Assembly: GCA_019058445.1 (NCBI GenBank)
Contig: JAHPZA010000002.1
Span: 96,001 to 160,000 of the forward strand
Direction: 5' to 3'
DNA from: Promethearchaeota archaeon
GTDB lineage: Archaea; Asgardarchaeota; Lokiarchaeia; Sigyniarchaeales; SOKP01
Length of the DNA stretch: 64,000 nt
Positions within the stretch are counted from its first letter, which is position 1; the number at the start of each line of letters is the position of its first letter. Below, piece after piece: positions 61,817 through 64,000 of this stretch. The position numbers and the translations under genes were made by a program. The notes beneath the pieces were generated by a model. That model worked only from the letters and a program-made list of their open reading frames with translations. It was not told where the DNA came from and did not search any database.

Positions 61817-62473
61817 TTAAATTATGGACTGGTAAAATTTAAATACTTCATCAGCAGCTTGTGTATCATATCCCCAGTAGAAATGATCACATCTCTCTAG
61901 GATCTTAAAATCCTTTGGATCGTTATAAAAATCGTAATGGCTCTGAAAATTACTGTAATTGGCCACATCATCTCTATCTCCTTGAATAAACAATTTCGGT
62001 TTAGTTGATTGGGATAATTTTTTATATTTCGTACCCATAAAATCCCAGGGAAATGAAATAGAAGTATATCCTATTATCTTTTTGGAGTGATTAACTGTAG
62101 AACATCCAATAGCAGCTCCATAGGAATATCCACAGATTAAGATTTTCTCGACTTGTTTAGTATTGATTAAAAAATCGATGCACGCTTTAACATCACTTAT
62201 TTCTCCTCTTCCACTTGAATGTGAACCAGTAGATCTTCCAACGGCTCTGAAGTTAAAGCGTAAGCAAGAGATATCATTTCGCTTAAAGATATTAAAGACC
62301 GCAGAAATAACATTGTTGTACATATTTCCCCCAAATTCCACTTAACTGAGAAACTCTCAATCAATCTGAGGATGCGGGTGGCATACGAGAACTGCGGAGG
62401 ATTTATTTGAGCTTGATTCAAAATATTCTGCTTCTAGTTGAATATCATCATTAGATATGAAAATATTTCCCAT
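61817..62473 (-). CDS. Alpha/beta hydrolase (HPHP-GGxMxN family), two exons 62473-62366 and 62335-61817 separated by a 30-nt BHB-type intron; 208 aa when spliced
   Basis: Exon 1 MGNIFISNDDIQLEAEY...AVLVCHPHPQ plus exon 2 FGGNMYNN...RFNFR..GYSYG..QGDRD..CDHF. The insert contains TGA and TAA in frame. Confidence 0.85.
62336..62365 (-). other. Putative BHB-type mRNA intron
   Basis: ATTGATTGAGAGTTTCTCAGTTAAGTGGAA; 10-bp hairpin, central helix CCTC/GTGG, bulges AG^A and AA^T. Confidence 0.8.
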
Positions 62474-62522
62474 AATATTAATTAAGTATTGAGATTATAA
62501 AAAGTATATAAAAGAGAAATCG

Positions 62523-63383
62523 ATGATTATGGGCTACAATAAAATCGTCATTGAGAAAAAATTACGCGATTTTTTAGAAGAAGATTGTAACTTTATCGAT
62601 GTCAGTAGTATTAACATTCCCGAGGATGCTGAAGTTACAGCCAAAATTATCGCTAAAAGCAGTGGTTTTGTTTCTGGGCTTGGGGAACTAAAAATCTTGT
62701 TTGATATGTTGAATATAACCACAACTTTCTTAAAAAAAGATGGGCAAAAGGTGAAGAAAAGAGAAGTTGTAGTGGAATTAAAAGGAAAAGTTAAAAATAT
62801 CCTATTAGGAGAAAGAGTTGGTCTTAATCTCGTTACTCATATGAGTGCCATTACTACAACAACCAGAAAATTTGTTAAAATTATTAAAGAGTCAGGGAAA
62901 AAAGTTAAAATAGCATGTACACGAAAAACATTGCCCGGAATTCGAATTTTTGAAAAAAAAGCAGTGACTTTAGGTGGTGGTGATCCCCATCGATTTTCAT
63001 TGGATGATATGATTTTGTTAAAAGATACTCATTTAAGATATTACAAAGGTGACATTGAAATGCTACTTAGAGACGTGAAGGAGACTGCTAGCTTTTCCAA
63101 AAAAATTGAAATCGAGGTTGAAAAACCTAATGATGCTTTAATCGCAGCACAAAATGGAGTCGATATTATTATGCTAGATAATATGTCTCCTGATCAGGTT
63201 GAAGATGTTATAAGGTTACTAAAAGAGCACAATTTACGAGATGATGTTATAATAGAAATTTCTGGAGGGATTAATGAAGAGAATATCGTCGATTATCTAA
63301 TCTCTTCACCTGATATCATTAGCACAAGTGATTTAACCCAATTTCCCTCAGAAAAGGTGGACTTATCATTGCGATTCGATTAA
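62523..63383 (+). CDS. nadC: Nicotinate-nucleotide diphosphorylase (quinolinate phosphoribosyltransferase)
   Basis: TRKTLPG, HRFSLDD.ILLKDTH, IEIEV, IMLDN and SGGI motifs. Confidence 0.95.
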   Translation: MIMGYNKIVIEKKLRDFLEEDCNFIDVSSINIPEDAEVTAKIIAKSSGFVSGLGELKILFDMLNITTTFLKKDGQKVKKREVVVELKGKVKNILLGERVGLNLVTHMSAITTTTRKFVKIIKESGKKVKIACTRKTLPGIRIFEKKAVTLGGGDPHRFSLDDMILLKDTHLRYYKGDIEMLLRDVKETASFSKKIEIEVEKPNDALIAAQNGVDIIMLDNMSPDQVEDVIRLLKEHNLRDDVIIEISGGINEENIVDYLISSPDIISTSDLTQFPSEKVDLSLRFD

Positions 63384-63384
63384 A

Positions 63385-63777
63385 CTAATCTATAATGATC
63401 TCGTGAATTGAACTAATTACTTCTTTAATTTTAGATAAAGAATTTTTTAAATCTTTAATTAAACCAAATTCTCCTACAGCCAAGATAAGTTCAATTTTTT
63501 TATCAACAATACGCCAATCGGTTATAGTCTTTATTATTTGTTTATATTGAGTATAAATTTCAGTTATTTCATCAATTATGACTTCTTTAAAGGGATAAAC
63601 CAAACTTATGGTCATAATTTTATAACCTTCTAGATTTTCAAATTTCTCTTGATCTTCAATGAAGTTAACTATCGCTTCCCTTAAGGCTTCGCTTTTTGAA
63701 TTGAACCCGCTTACATTTCGCACTTTTTCAAACCGTTCTAATAAATCATCACTTATTTGTAGTGAAATAATTGGCAT
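63385..63777 (-). CDS. CopG/NikR-like ribbon-helix-helix transcriptional regulator
   Basis: MPIISLQISDDLL...GFNSKSEALREAI RHH domain plus an ACT-like C-terminal domain that lacks the NikR His ligands. Confidence 0.82.
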   Translation of the reverse strand: MPIISLQISDDLLERFEKVRNVSGFNSKSEALREAIVNFIEDQEKFENLEGYKIMTISLVYPFKEVIIDEITEIYTQYKQIIKTITDWRIVDKKIELILAVGEFGLIKDLKNSLSKIKEVISSIHEIIID

Positions 63778-63957
63778 TATAAACTCACATAGTTAAATTT
63801 TCTAATTAAAAACAATTCGAACATAAATAAATTCTATAAATTACGTATTTTTTTAAATTCATTTAATTTTTTATAATTATAATCACAAGCTTTAATATTT
63901 TAAAAAAGAACTAAATTACCATTTAAAACGAAACATCCGTAGAAATTAGGGATTAAT

Positions 63958-64000
63958 ATGGAAAATACAAATTCTAATAAACTTAGTACTAGAACAAAAC
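63958..64000 (+). CDS. Start of an ORF running off the window
   Basis: ATG GAA AAT ACA..., open to the end of the window. Confidence 0.35.
   Translation, partial: MENTNSNKLSTRTK

Noticed and set aside
61817-62341. ORF-track call of a 174-aa hydrolase starting at GTG 62341
   Set aside because: The GTG lies inside the intron, and this call omits the conserved N-terminal strands and the HPHP motif.
62350-62365. Selenocysteine or readthrough explanation for the TGA in the hydrolase
   Set aside because: A second in-frame stop (TAA) follows, and the insert splits a contiguous motif.
311-62722. Many short antisense or overlapping ORFs in the track (e.g. 311-667, 8574-9086, 33579-33932, 47350-48018, 62197-62421)
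   Set aside because: These are shadow ORFs of well-supported genes, with atypical composition.

Overview
AT-rich window from an Asgard archaeon, most likely Lokiarchaeia. The assignment rests on a eukaryote-like actin (lokiactin), two Rab-like small GTPases, roadblock and longin-like proteins and a HEAT+LRR protein, alongside archaeal housekeeping genes (EF-1beta, Rpo6/K, PAN, Hef, IorAB, TldD/PmbA, PurB/PurM, NadC). Main discovery: short (about 30 nt) bulge-helix-bulge (BHB)-type introns appear to occur in protein-coding genes here, not only in tRNA. The clearest case is an alpha/beta hydrolase (62473->61817) whose HPHPQ-FGGxM motif is split by a 30-nt hairpin insert with two in-frame stops. 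BHB cleavage rules remove this insert precisely. A second candidate (29 nt) restores the reading frame of a PAS histidine kinase, and a weaker third lies at the 5' end of hef. A tRNA-Val(CAC) with two non-canonical introns (28/29 and 44/45) of the same size and geometry is an internal positive control. Other observations: an actin C-terminal paralogous fragment bracketed by direct repeats just downstream of lokiactin, palindromic operators between actin and a divergent wHTH gene, an ABC importer with complementary degenerate ATPases, and an unannotated 32-aa membrane peptide. All calls come from manual reading and motif recognition; no database searches were run.
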